In this document: positions 13,821 through 25,700 of the stretch, piece after piece
How the letters are laid out: every line of letters starts with the position of its first letter
Numbering within the stretch: position 1 is the stretch's first letter
DNA from: Paraspadella gotoi
Lineage: Eukaryota; Animalia; Chaetognatha
Length of the DNA: 64,000 bases
Assembly (NCBI GenBank): GCA_051294375.1
Contig: CM119270.1
Coordinates: 14,146,179 to 14,210,178 of the forward strand
Direction of reading: 5' to 3'
Translations under genes and position numbers: made by a program
Notes under the pieces: model-generated
What the model was told of the DNA's origin: nothing
The model's database searches: none
What the model saw: only the letters and a program-made list of their open reading frames with translations

Positions 13821-15551
13821 TCCCCCAATGAGCGGGAACGGACCCATCAACTGCCAATCGGGTCCTTCGCCCGTGACCCCCCAAGGCCACGGCGGTCAGG
13901 GAGGTCAGCAGCAACAGCAACAGCAGCAACAACAGCACAGCAACAACAAACACCTCGGATCTTCTCGCCCGCATCTCGCCTCCTCCCCCTCCCCCCTCCA
14001 TCCTTCAGCGAGACAAAACTACCCTCAACCCCCATGCCACCACAACCACCATCGCCACCACCGCTCGAGCGGCCCGCCGTCGACGTCGGCGTCGGCGTCG
14101 GCCTCGGCGGCCAAATCCAAAGACTCTCAATCTCTGCCTGGGAACATCAGGCCGGGAGACGAGGGGGCCTTCCAGGTGGAACACAGAGATCACATGACTG
14201 CCTCTCAACCAGCCTTAAAGATTCAGGTGGATTAAGGGGGAGAGGGGGTTTCGTTTGTTTATGTTTGTATTTGTTAGTGTATTACTTCTATTTTGGGCTC
14301 TCTTTTCCGAAAACGCTCCATTTCTGTTTCCTAAGAGTTATTCTTAAGACCTAACCCTAATCACTAACCCTAATCCCTAACTCTAATTATTATTAATATA
14401 TATATATATATATAATATTAACCTAATTCTTTATCCTAACCTTTAAACTTATTTTTGAAACTGAAAATTAACTAAATTCCAAATTAAAAGATAAAATAAG
14501 GCGATGTGGGAAAATAAGTCCTAATTTAGTTCTACAACTAATAATGAATTATTTATTTTTTTTGCTATATTACTAAGCAATCACCATATCTCGTTATTAC
14601 CCCCCCCCTCCACAGAACGACGACGAAAACCCAGAGGCCGTGGCTTTCGCCGCCGCCGTCGCCGACGACGATGACGACGACGACGACGACGATGACGACG
14701 ATGACGCCGCGTGGCCCCCCGGCGATCGAGTGATCGGCGGGGGCGGCGTCGGCGGCGTCGATCCCCGGTTTCCCGCTTCGGCGTCGGACTGTCAAGTCTA
14801 CAACCGGATCAACGCCACGCCTTCGCCGATCGGCGCCAATAAAGAGGGCAGGGGTGAGTTCAGTTCTTGTGAAAAACGTTTGAATAGTTTAAATTTAAGG
14901 TCATCTGTAATGAAATTGTTAGAATTTTAAAAAAATCATTTTATTAGCGATTAAATGGCATAACGAAAAATATTAAATAATTTTGATTAATAAAATTAGG
15001 TAACATGCGCATTCGCGCCCGGTTTTTTTTTATATTTTAATTTTTATTATCTATTCTTAACTCTTGTTTAACTTTTGTTTTGTTCCGCAGAAACAAAGGA
15101 CAGAGGTCGCGGCGGTTGGAGCAGATCTTCGGCAAAAAGCGCTAAACTAAGCGTCAAAAGCGGAAACAGATCGAGATCCGGCTCGGTGCAAAGTCAGACG
15201 AGGTAAAATTGTGAGAGAGACATGGGAAGCGTGAAAAAGCAGACATGGTGACTCACCATTGGTGAGAGGCAAAATGAATATGAGATAAGAGCTCCAAGAC
15301 GAGGTGAGAATATAAAAGAAGTCATGTCACTTTGGTGAATATGCAAAGTCAGACAACATGAGAAGGCAACCTTTAATAAGATACGATAATAAGTAAATTG
15401 AGGACTTTCAAAATATTAATTTAATAAAAAAAAAACTTGTCTTTAGAATTAGAGTACAAAATCTGAACTTGAGTTTCTGACTCCCCAAGGAGAACGGATA
15501 TTGTCGCGCCATTGAGAAACTCGCAGGTTCTAATGAAAATGCCATCGGTTT

Positions 15552-15639
<88 letters not shown>

Positions 15640-15751
15640 TTTCTTCTCTCTTTCCTCCCGATATATGTATCGCTCCCCAAAGCCCCTCCAGTCGCCACCA
15701 GAGCCAAAAAGGGTTGGTTGGAACTCGCTAACTAAATTATCGCCCACAGAT

Positions 15752-15835
<84 letters not shown>

Positions 15836-18507
15836 GTCTTCTCTGTCTCTTATCGACGGTCCGAGGGGGATTGAAGTTCAATGGTACCGTCGTAGCGTAA
15901 GAGGGTGACAGATGGAGAGGGCTCACGGGGTTTGCCCCCAAATGGGCTTCATACAGGGTGTGTAAAAATTTGGTTCACTCGTGGGATGCTCAAAGGGGAG
16001 GGGCGGAAAAAGTTGGGTGTTTAGCGCCAAGAAACAATTTGGCTTTAAATTGATGCCGTTAGTAGAGGATATAAATTTGGGGTGTGAGAGAGGAACTACA
16101 GATTAATCAAAGACTGACAGGGTCTCCAAACGGTTTACAGGCGAGGGCCTTCGTCCACAGGTGGTGGGCAAATGAATGGGTGGGTATGCGTGGTCTCCCC
16201 GTGGTATCTGCAAGAATCGGCCTTTGAAAGGACGGAACCCTCGGAAGCGGATTAGGGTTACCCACCGACCAGAATCCGCTTCTCCGAATCCGCTTCTCAG
16301 ATATTTGAGAAAAGGAATTTTCTTTTGTGTCGATTGGGGGTGAAAGGGATTACGGGGTGAGCAGCTAGGGTGATGGGATTATTGGACGATCGAAATTGCG
16401 AATAGTTGAGGAGAGAGGCAAGGGTGTTCCCGGATTGGGAGTTAGGAGTTGCGAATAGTAGTACGAAGAGAGGGCAAGGATGTTGCGATTATTCGGGAAT
16501 GTGAACTGCGAAGAGTTGAAGAGAGGGCCTCGACTTAGCGATTAATGTCGAATGGAAATTGCAGATGGCAATAATGGGTACCATTGCGCCCTTCGGAACG
16601 CGAGAATTGTGACTAATGCTAAATCATAGGGGAGCGGGGTGGCGGGGTGGCGCGAAGCGTGGCGTAGCGAGGTCGAAAGAGCTCGCCAGTTGCGGACCAA
16701 CCGGGTTCAAAGAGGATCCCGTCTTCTTCGAATCGGTCCTGAGGGAAAACGGTTTTGGTCGCTGTCGACGTTCAAGTGGCCGGAACGGGAGAGGGCGTCG
16801 GGTTTCGCATTGAGAGAGCAAAGAGCGAAACCCCTTAAACTCTTTTAAGACGATCCTATTACATCCGAGACTTTTAGCTTCATACGATACGGTAATTACA
16901 TCCGGTATTCGATCATCACGTACGAAACTCCTCGCGACGATCATTTAAAAAAAAAGGGTTATCGATCGTCCGACGTCGAAAGCGCCAAGAAAGGAAACCT
17001 TCTTTTCTTTGAGCGGATCGATTCGCATCGAGACGAAGAGAATGTCGAAAGGTTAATCCTCAATCGAGCGATTATTTCTCGCGGAAAAAGAAAGATGGCT
17101 TCCCCTTCGACGATTAAAGGAAATTAGGGAGTGATCGAACGTTTAGCTTCGTTGAACAATTTTGTCTTTGTCGTTGTCTTTATTGTCGCTTAGATACTTT
17201 TTTTCGTTATTATTACTCGCTTATTACACGCATTCCATCTCTCTTTACCGATCATCTTCGTTACATCTTCTTTGTATCTGCCTCATTCTTTATAATATAT
17301 TTGAGTTATTTCACCTTTCGCCCTTCTTTTCATTTTTTCCCCCCCTTCCATTTAATTTCTCTTCCATTTCTTTCATTTTTTTTCTTTTCTTCTTTCCTCC
17401 ATTTTTTTTTCTTCTCCTCGAGTCTAGTCGATGGCAGACTTGCCACCGTGTCTCCTCCGAAGCAGTGAGATCAAAATCTCAAGAAGGGATGAAATCTTGT
17501 TTCCTCGCTATGGAAAGAAGAAAGGAAACAGGGAGGCAAAAAAAGAGAGAGAAAGTGGAGAGAGAGAGAGAGAGAGAGAAAAAGAAATTAAAGAAAAAAG
17601 GTAAATGAACCACTTATTCTAAGTATGAGAAAATATAAAATCAATGAACGCCAGAAAAACGGGAAAAAAATAGAAAGAAACTCATTTGGATTTAAAACGA
17701 TAAATGACATGGAATAAAAAAGGAGAAAAAAAAGAAAGAAAACGAGAGACAGACTGGAAAGTTTAAAAAAAAAGGAAATATAACCGAAAGGAAATAAAAA
17801 GTATAAATAAAAGTGCTGGAAAAAAGGAAATTGAGAATGGAGAAAGGAAAAGGAAAGGAAATAAGGAATGAATAGAGGAAAAGGGAAGAAAGTCGAAGAA
17901 TATTCAAAGCAAAAATGAAAAGGGGGGGAGGAAAGAGGGCTGAATCGAAGGAAAGTTCATTCCGGAAGGACGGATTGTGAAGGTTTTGAAGTGCGGAAGG
18001 GGGGGGAAATTTGGAACCGAAGGAGCTCAGTTCATCAAGTTATTTTCTTTGCATTATTTGACGATAAATTTTTAACAAATAGAGACAGAATAATCTGGAG
18101 GAGATGAACTACGACAATTTCAAGGCAACCAACGGCCCCCGATATTTTCAACTAATAAAAATGGTCATATGATATAACAGTCAGTTACGAATGATAACTT
18201 TTTTTTTTTCATTGCAGTTCCGCTTTAAAACATCATATTTTAACGCCAAATTTCGATCTTCCCCCCCCATTTCCAAATCCCAGCTTCTCGTCGGGAAAGA
18301 AACACAAAAAGCCTCGCGCTCGCTTCACGGACAACCACTCGATCCGCAGCGTGTCGTCGACAGACTCCATCTCTTCCTTCTGCGCCTCCGCCGTCGCCAA
18401 ACCGCGCAAGTTCCGTCTGGGGCTGTTGGGCGCCGGAAAGACGAAGGGCGGTTGCAAGACGACGGGCGTGAGACTGGCCAACTACTGTCTCATCGCCGAC
18501 ACTAATG
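13821..18507 (+). CDS. Shab: Shab/Kv2 C-terminal tail exons (low-complexity; include a PRC-like Ser motif)
   Basis: Exons 13821-14226, 14616-14853, 15091-15202 and 18284-18507 have polypyrimidine-CAG acceptors and GT donors, and join in matching phases (2,0,1,2) after 13419 with no stop. Confidence 0.75.
16392..16565 (+). repeat. Degenerate ~55-bp tandem repeat
   Basis: Recurring gaa(a/g)ttgcgaa(t/g)agt...gagagggcaagg..gttgcgatt, 3-4 copies. Confidence 0.5.
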
Positions 18508-19011
18508 GTGAGCGCCCGGGAGTGAGGGCTTGGAGGGATCCGCGTGGTCCCGGCTAATCGGAAAGTCGGGGAAACTGGCAAAATGTTACGGTGGGGGCAA
18601 CTACTGTCTCGTTGTTGGTATTTATGGCGAAAGAGAAATTGTATTATTGTTATTGAAACTGGCAGGTCGAATGCCAGAGCCTGAGAAACGACAAATCAGA
18701 TGGTAGCCAAATAAATTTTTATTTGTTACATTTATTAGAAATCACAAACTTAGTATTTATATTGTAATATGTATACTGTTTACTGTTTAAATGGATTTTG
18801 GATGGAATTTTCTTGTCGTGCTTGGTTATTATTTCTAATTAGCTTCGGTTAAATTGAGAATACCATCGTTGTCCGCGACCGTGAGCATAAAATATCCGAG
18901 TTGCAATAAATTTCTCGATGCCTGGCGTGGAATTGGCCGGTGGCCAAACGTGACGTCAAAACCGATGTACTGAGATTAAGCGGTTCTTAGGGTCACGAGC
19001 CGTCAAAGAAA

Positions 19012-19072
<61 letters not shown>

Positions 19073-19168
19073 CTCTCTCTCCAAGAGCGTCGCCTATGGG
19101 GTTTCGTGGTTCAAGAATTCTCGCATAATTTTTCAGTTTTAATTCCATCGTTGGTTTTCTTTTGCACA

Positions 19169-19210
<42 letters not shown>

Positions 19211-20127
19211 CCATTCTTCTGATGCTTTTGAATGTCACTAAAATTCGAGGAGAGGAGAGAGAGAGAGAGAGAGAGAGAAGAGAGAAGAGAGAGAGATGAG
19301 GAGAGAGAGAGAGAGGAATTTCGTCGTTCCCCTGCTTCGTCGCCATCGGCTGGCAACAGCCTCGCCAACCATAAATCCCCCTCTTCTTCGTTTTCCATTT
19401 TTTTACTTCCTGCCATCTCGAGCCTCGTGTGTGTGTGCGTGCGCGCGCGCGCGCGGGATCTCGTTCAAAGCGCGCGCGCGGGTGCGTAGAGAGAGAGAGA
19501 TTGCGGTGCGCGTCGCGATTGGCGCGCCAATATTTATACGGCGACGCCGGGCGAAGCGGAGTTCGGTGCGAGGCAGCGTTGCGTCGCTCTCCGCGTGCAC
19601 CGAACGCTTCGCAACGCTTTACACGCCGGAATACATGAATACCGGGTCGTACACGCCGATTACGTAGATTGTCTACGGGCGTTGATTGGTCTGGGATATG
19701 GCGATCTCTGAATTGACTCATTTCTGTGAGCGATTTGGACCCTGATTAAGTAATGAGCATCGCTCTAAGAAAAAAAAAATGCTTATACTCAATAATACGA
19801 TACTTTTAGATTTTATCCAAATCTTTTTACCAATTTCACTTTCATTTGATTTTAAAATACACAGAATTAAATTCTTTGGTTGTCATGACTACCGCTCACA
19901 ATTCCGTCGTCGAAGTCCTTAGTTTCTCTTTGCAAATTTCCCTTTTGTTTCTTTTTTTTATTTCCGCCTCGAATCGTGGGCGTTTTGATCTTTCGCGCGC
20001 TCAACCATCGATGTTTTTTATGCAGTACTTGAAGCGCCATTTCTCGTTTTTTTTTCTTTCCTTTTTTCCCTTCCCGCCTTCCTCTCTCTCCTCCTCTCTT
20101 CCGTCTCTCTCTCTCTCCTCTCCTCTA

Positions 20128-20159
<32 letters not shown>

Positions 20160-20370
20160 ACAACAGGTACAAAATTGATGAAACTCAATAAAAAATTATG
20201 TTTTCCACATTTCTTACGGAAATTATCTGATTATACTAATTCGTTAAAGAAAATGTAAAGCATCAGAATAGCTATTGCTTTTTCATTATTAATAAATACG
20301 TCGTTAGTTTTTTTAAATAATCTCTTCTCTCCTCTCTCTCCTCTCTCTCCTCTCTCTTCTCTCTCTCTCC

Positions 20371-22799
20371 NNNNNNNNNNNNNNNNNNNNNNNNNNNNNN
20401 NNNNNNNNNNNNNNNNNNNNNNNNNNNNNNNNNNNNNNNNNNNNNNNNNNNNNNNNNNNNNNNNNNNNNNNNNNNNNNNNNNNNNNNNNNNNNNNNNNNN
20501 NNNNNNNNNNNNNNNNNNNNNNNNNNNNNNNNNNNNNNNNNNNNNNNNNNNNNNNNNNNNNNNNNNNNNNNNNNNNNNNNNNNNNNNNNNNNNNNNNNNN
20601 NNNNNNNNNNNNNNNNNNNNNNNNNNNNNNNNNNNNNNNNNNNNNNNNNNNNNNNNNNNNNNNNNNNNNNNNNNNNNNNNNNNNNNNNNNNNNNNNNNNN
20701 NNNNNNNNNNNNNNNNNNNNNNNNNNNNNNNNNNNNNNNNNNNNNNNNNNNNNNNNNNNNNNNNNNNNNNNNNNNNNNNNNNNNNNNNNNNNNNNNNNNN
20801 NNNNNNNNNNNNNNNNNNNNNNNNNNNNNNNNNNNNNNNNNNNNNNNNNNNNNNNNNNNNNNNNNNNNNNNNNNNNNNNNNNNNNNNNNNNNNNNNNNNN
20901 NNNNNNNNNNNNNNNNNNNNNNNNNNNNNNNNNNNNNNNNNNNNNNNNNNNNNNNNNNNNNNNNNNNNNNNNNNNNNNNNNNNNNNNNNNNNNNNNNNNN
21001 NNNNNNNNNNNNNNNNNNNNNNNNNNNNNNNNNNNNNNNNNNNNNNNNNNNNNNNNNNNNNNNNNNNNNNNNNNNNNNNNNNNNNNNNNNNNNNNNNNNN
21101 NNNNNNNNNNNNNNNNNNNNNNNNNNNNNNNNNNNNNNNNNNNNNNNNNNNNNNNNNNNNNNNNNNNNNNNNNNNNNNNNNNNNNNNNNNNNNNNNNNNN
21201 NNNNNNNNNNNNNNNNNNNNNNNNNNNNNNNNNNGAGAGAGAGAGAGAGAGAGAGAGAATGTATGAACAAGAGTCGGTGCAGACCAAATCGAAAGAGAAA
21301 ACGGAAATTGGGGAAAAATTCATAATATATTTTACTGGAATTGGATTGCCTCTACCAGTACACCATAGAAATAACCCTAAAATTTATTTTGTCTTTCTTG
21401 TTTTTATTGCGATTATTTTATCTCTAATATTTGGCATTGTTATCCTTTTTTTTTTCTAAAACATTTTTCTATCTTTGACGATTTTTTAAACAAAATTTTT
21501 CTTTTGAATTTTGATCCTCCGAGTTGATTTTTTTCTTTAACAACAGGGGAGTCCACCTTGTGAACTTTCCTGATCTCTCTCATTTTCACTTTCCCATTTC
21601 TTTCTTATCTTTTCTTTCCTTTTCTTCTTTTTTTCTTTATTAACTCTTCTTTCTTTTTCCTTTTTCCTTCCTCTGAGTTCCTATGCGCTTCTCAAGCTCG
21701 TTTTCCCCCTTTGCCCTCCCCCCCATCTCTCCATCCCTATATCGCTTTCTTTTCCCCAGCAAATGTATCTCTCTCTTCCGAACTCTCTCATTCCAATCCC
21801 TCTCGATCATGCTCCCTGCACGCCGCGCCATGCTCCTTTCATGTTTTCCTAATCTTTCCCCTCCCGCCCTCTCTTTNNNNNNNNNNNNNNNNNNNNNNNN
21901 NNNNNNNNNNNNNNNNNNNNNNNNNNNNNNNNNNNNNNNNNNNNNNNNNNNNNNNNNNNNNNNNNNNNNNNNNNNNNNNNNNNNNNNNNNNNNNNNNNNN
22001 NNNNNNNNNNNNNNNNNNNNNNNNNNNNNNNNNNNNNNNNNNNNNNNNNNNNNNNNNNNNNNNNNNNNNNNNNNNNNNNNNNNNNNNNNNNNNNNNNNNN
22101 NNNNNNNNNNNNNNNNNNNNNNNNNNNNNNNNNNNNNNNNNNNNNNNNNNNNNNNNNNNNNNNNNNNNNNNNNNNNNNNNNNNNNNNNNNNNNNNNNNNN
22201 NNNNNNNNNNNNNNNNNNNNNNNNNNNNNNNNNNNNNNNNNNNNNNNNNNNNNNNNNNNNNNNNNNNNNNNNNNNNNNNNNNNNNNNNNNNNNNNNNNNN
22301 NNNNNNNNNNNNNNNNNNNNNNNNNNNNNNNNNNNNNNNNNNNNNNNNNNNNNNNNNNNNNNNNNNNNNNNNNNNNNNNNNNNNNNNNNNNNNNNNNNNN
22401 NNNNNNNNNNNNNNNNNNNNNNNNNNNNNNNNNNNNNNNNNNNNNNNNNNNNNNNNNNNNNNNNNNNNNNNNNNNNNNNNNNNNNNNNNNNNNNNNNNNN
22501 NNNNNNNNNNNNNNNNNNNNNNNNNNNNNNNNNNNNNNNNNNNNNNNNNNNNNNNNNNNNNNNNNNNNNNNNNNNNNNNNNNNNNNNNNNNNNNNNNNNN
22601 NNNNNNNNNNNNNNNNNNNNNNNNNNNNNNNNNNNNNNNNNNNNNNNNNNNNNNNNNNNNNNNNNNNNNNNNNNNNNNNNNNNNNNNNNNNNNNNNNNNN
22701 NNNNNNNNNNNNNNNNNNNNNNNNNNNNNNNNNNNNNNNNNNNNNNNNNNNNNNNNNNNNNNNNNNNNNNNNNNNNNNNNNNNNNNNNNNNNNNNNNNN
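20371..22799. other. Two large assembly gaps (20371-21234, 21877-22799) in the last Kv2 intron
   Basis: Runs of N; additional exons could be hidden here. Confidence 0.95.
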
Positions 22800-25700
22800 A
22801 TCGCGTTCCCACTAAAAGGAAATAATGTTTTAAAAAATGAGTTCTGTTTGTTATTTGTTTCCATTGTTTTTTTAGTTTGTGTTTATGGTCGATTTTTATG
22901 CTCTCTGTCCCTCTCACTCTCTCATGTTTTTTTCAAATGTTATTATAAAACACTTTTTCTGTAATGAAATTTTTGCGTCGCTGGCTTTTCGAACAAGGAC
23001 GATATCTGGCTACAATTTTTAAAGAAATATAACAATTTGGTTTAATTTCATGAAGTCTTGCAAGCTTTTTCATGGGTCAGTTTCTTAATGATACCGTATA
23101 TACTCGTTTGATTGCCCGCATTTAAAANNNNNNNNNNNNNNNNNNNNNNNNNCGTGGATATATCGGGGCCCCCCCCCTTCCCCCGCCCCCCTCTCTCTCC
23201 GATCCCTCCCGCGCCGCCTCCCGTCGTCATGGTTCTCCCTCGTCGTACGCCCACCCGCGCTCCCTCTTCTGCCATCCGCTTGCCCCCTCGGCCCGTCCTC
23301 TCCCCCTCCTCCACGTCCTCTCCCCGCTGCACCGCGTCTTTACTGCGCCCCCCCATCCCCTCCCCTTCCCTGTCCCTTCCCCTCTGCCCGTCGCTCTCCC
23401 TCCTCCCTGTCCTCTGCCCCCGGTGCCCCGCTCTCTCCCCCCGTCCTCTCCCCCTCTACACTAATCGCTTTCCTTCCTCGAAAACATTTATTTATATTTT
23501 CATTCATTCGGTTTCATACTTTTAAAACCAACCCATAGTTTATCAAGTGCAGCCTACTACAAAATTTGTGCTTGTGTTTTACTTACCTAACTGTTAATGA
23601 AAAATACAAGCTCAAATTTATTACAGTTAACGGAAGAAATTTAAGGTAATTAAAAATGTAATTGCAGACTTTCCTCTTTCAATTTAGCAAAAAGAAAAAC
23701 AAAAAATGTTATATATGCCCTCATATGAGTCCGCCGAGGTTCCCCTAAGCAGGTGCTGTCCGGCCCCCCTCCACTCCCTCATCTCCCGTCCTTCTTCCCT
23801 GCCGCTCCCCGTCCTTCTTCCCCCCCATTCCCCTTGCCTCTCTTCTCCCTTCGGATCAACCGTTGTTATCCCATTTCAGCCAATCGGACTTCAATTTTCC
23901 TCACCCGCTTTCTTATATTGTTTTTCTTGCATTATAGATCTCCACCTTCGTTTAAACTTAACCATTTGCGCATTTGATTTTCGTCCCTTCCTTGTCAATA
24001 GCCTGGTGTCCTACTATATAACTGTTATGTGTGAGGTTTAATTATTGATTCTCTTCTCCTCTTCATCTCGTCCATCATTCCCATCTTAGCTATCTCCCCC
24101 TTTCCCCGCCCCACCTTCCCCTTTTTCACGTATTCCTTTTTTCCATCTTGTAATTTTCTTTCATTCTCCCCGGTATTTCTTATCCGACCTTTCTTAAGTT
24201 CCGTTTTTCCGCCTTCTTCCCCTTTTTTTTCTCATTCCGCCGTTTTACATCCTCCCATCTCTGGCCATTCATTGATTAACCCGTCATTTCCATCTCTTCT
24301 CTTTCCCCATTTACCAATCTTTCCATCTCCCCCGTCATTCCATTGTCTATTTCTCCCCGATCTTTCCATCGTGCCCCGTCTTCCAACATCCCCATTCCCT
24401 TATCTCCCCATCTTCCCATCCTTTTTCCTTTTCCCCCCCGCCCCCCCACTTTCCCCATCTTTCCCGATGTCTCCCCCCATTCGTTCTCATTATTCCTCGA
24501 TCATTCCCATCTCCCCCCCATCTTCTCATTCTCCTTTCACTTTGAGTTTCCATATAAAAAATGTGTTCTTCCTCCAGACGCGACAATGACCGTCTTGCGA
24601 GCGGTTGAGGCAGATTCTGTCCTGCTTGTTTAATGCCAAAAAAAAACAACTGTAATTATACCTGGGGGGAACTCGTATTTAAAGTAATTATATATTTTAA
24701 TATTAATATCTATATTTAAATTTTATCTAATATTATTGTATAAATTATTTTTATTAAAAAAACGATCGAGACTGTGTGTAGGTGGAGTGAAGAAAGAGAA
24801 GAAGAGAAGGAGAGTAGAGTCTAGAGTACAGAGAGGAAACATAGTGTAAGAAGAATAGAGAGATGATATATTAAATTCTAACTCACGATGGTTTTTCCAC
24901 TTTCTTAGTTCGTTTACAGCCTCGTTTTGTTCTTCTCTTGTTCTCAGTGTCATTTTTTTGATTATATTGCTACTCACAAGCCACTCGCTTGTTTTTGTGT
25001 ATAAACGTTTTTTGTTTTCTACTGTGCGGTCTCGCCTCCTCCATGTGTTATAATATTTTAGAGCTTTATTCCTATTTCTCAATTATTTAATTAGTAATTT
25101 CTATTATGTATTGATTATTATATTGAATTATTATTGATATATTTATTATTAATATTATTATTATTATATATTATAGGGATTATTGTAATATTATATTATT
25201 ATTTTATTATTATTATTAAATTATTTATTATTATTATTGATTATTATTATTATTATGTACTATTTTTCCTTTTATGATTATCTTTGTTATTTTCCTTGGA
25301 TGAGTCGTTAAATTTATCCAAGTCCTTATTCGTCACTATGTTGCTTCTTCCCTCTTTCCCATTTGCTTTTTTCTAATATTTTTCCCGTGTTTTCTCTTTC
25401 TTTCCTTTTTCCATTTTCTTTCTTTCCTTTCCTTCATTCTTCTTTCCTCTTCCTTCTTCTTTCTCTCTAATTTCTGTTTTCTTCCTCCCATCCTTCTCTT
25501 TCATCTTTTCTTTTTCTCTTTCCTCTTTTTTTTCCTCCTTTTTTTTTTCCTCTTTGTTCTTTTTTATCCCTGATTCTCTGATACTTTCCGTTCCTCTTTT
25601 CTTACTCGTCGGAGTTCGCTGCGTCCTCGCCGTGTGTGAAAAAGGAGAGAAACTAGTGAAGAAAACTTGAGCTATTCATTTTAGTTTTTTCCTCGGTGAG

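Noticed and set aside
14350-14387. Telomere-like CCCTAA repeats
   Set aside because: Short, degenerate and intronic.
17423-17464. Possible 42-nt symmetric Kv2 micro-exon (LVDGRLATVSPPK)
   Set aside because: It needs a weak GAG acceptor and has no homology support.
20272-22964. 300-425-aa ORFs in the track
   Set aside because: Almost entirely N-gap.
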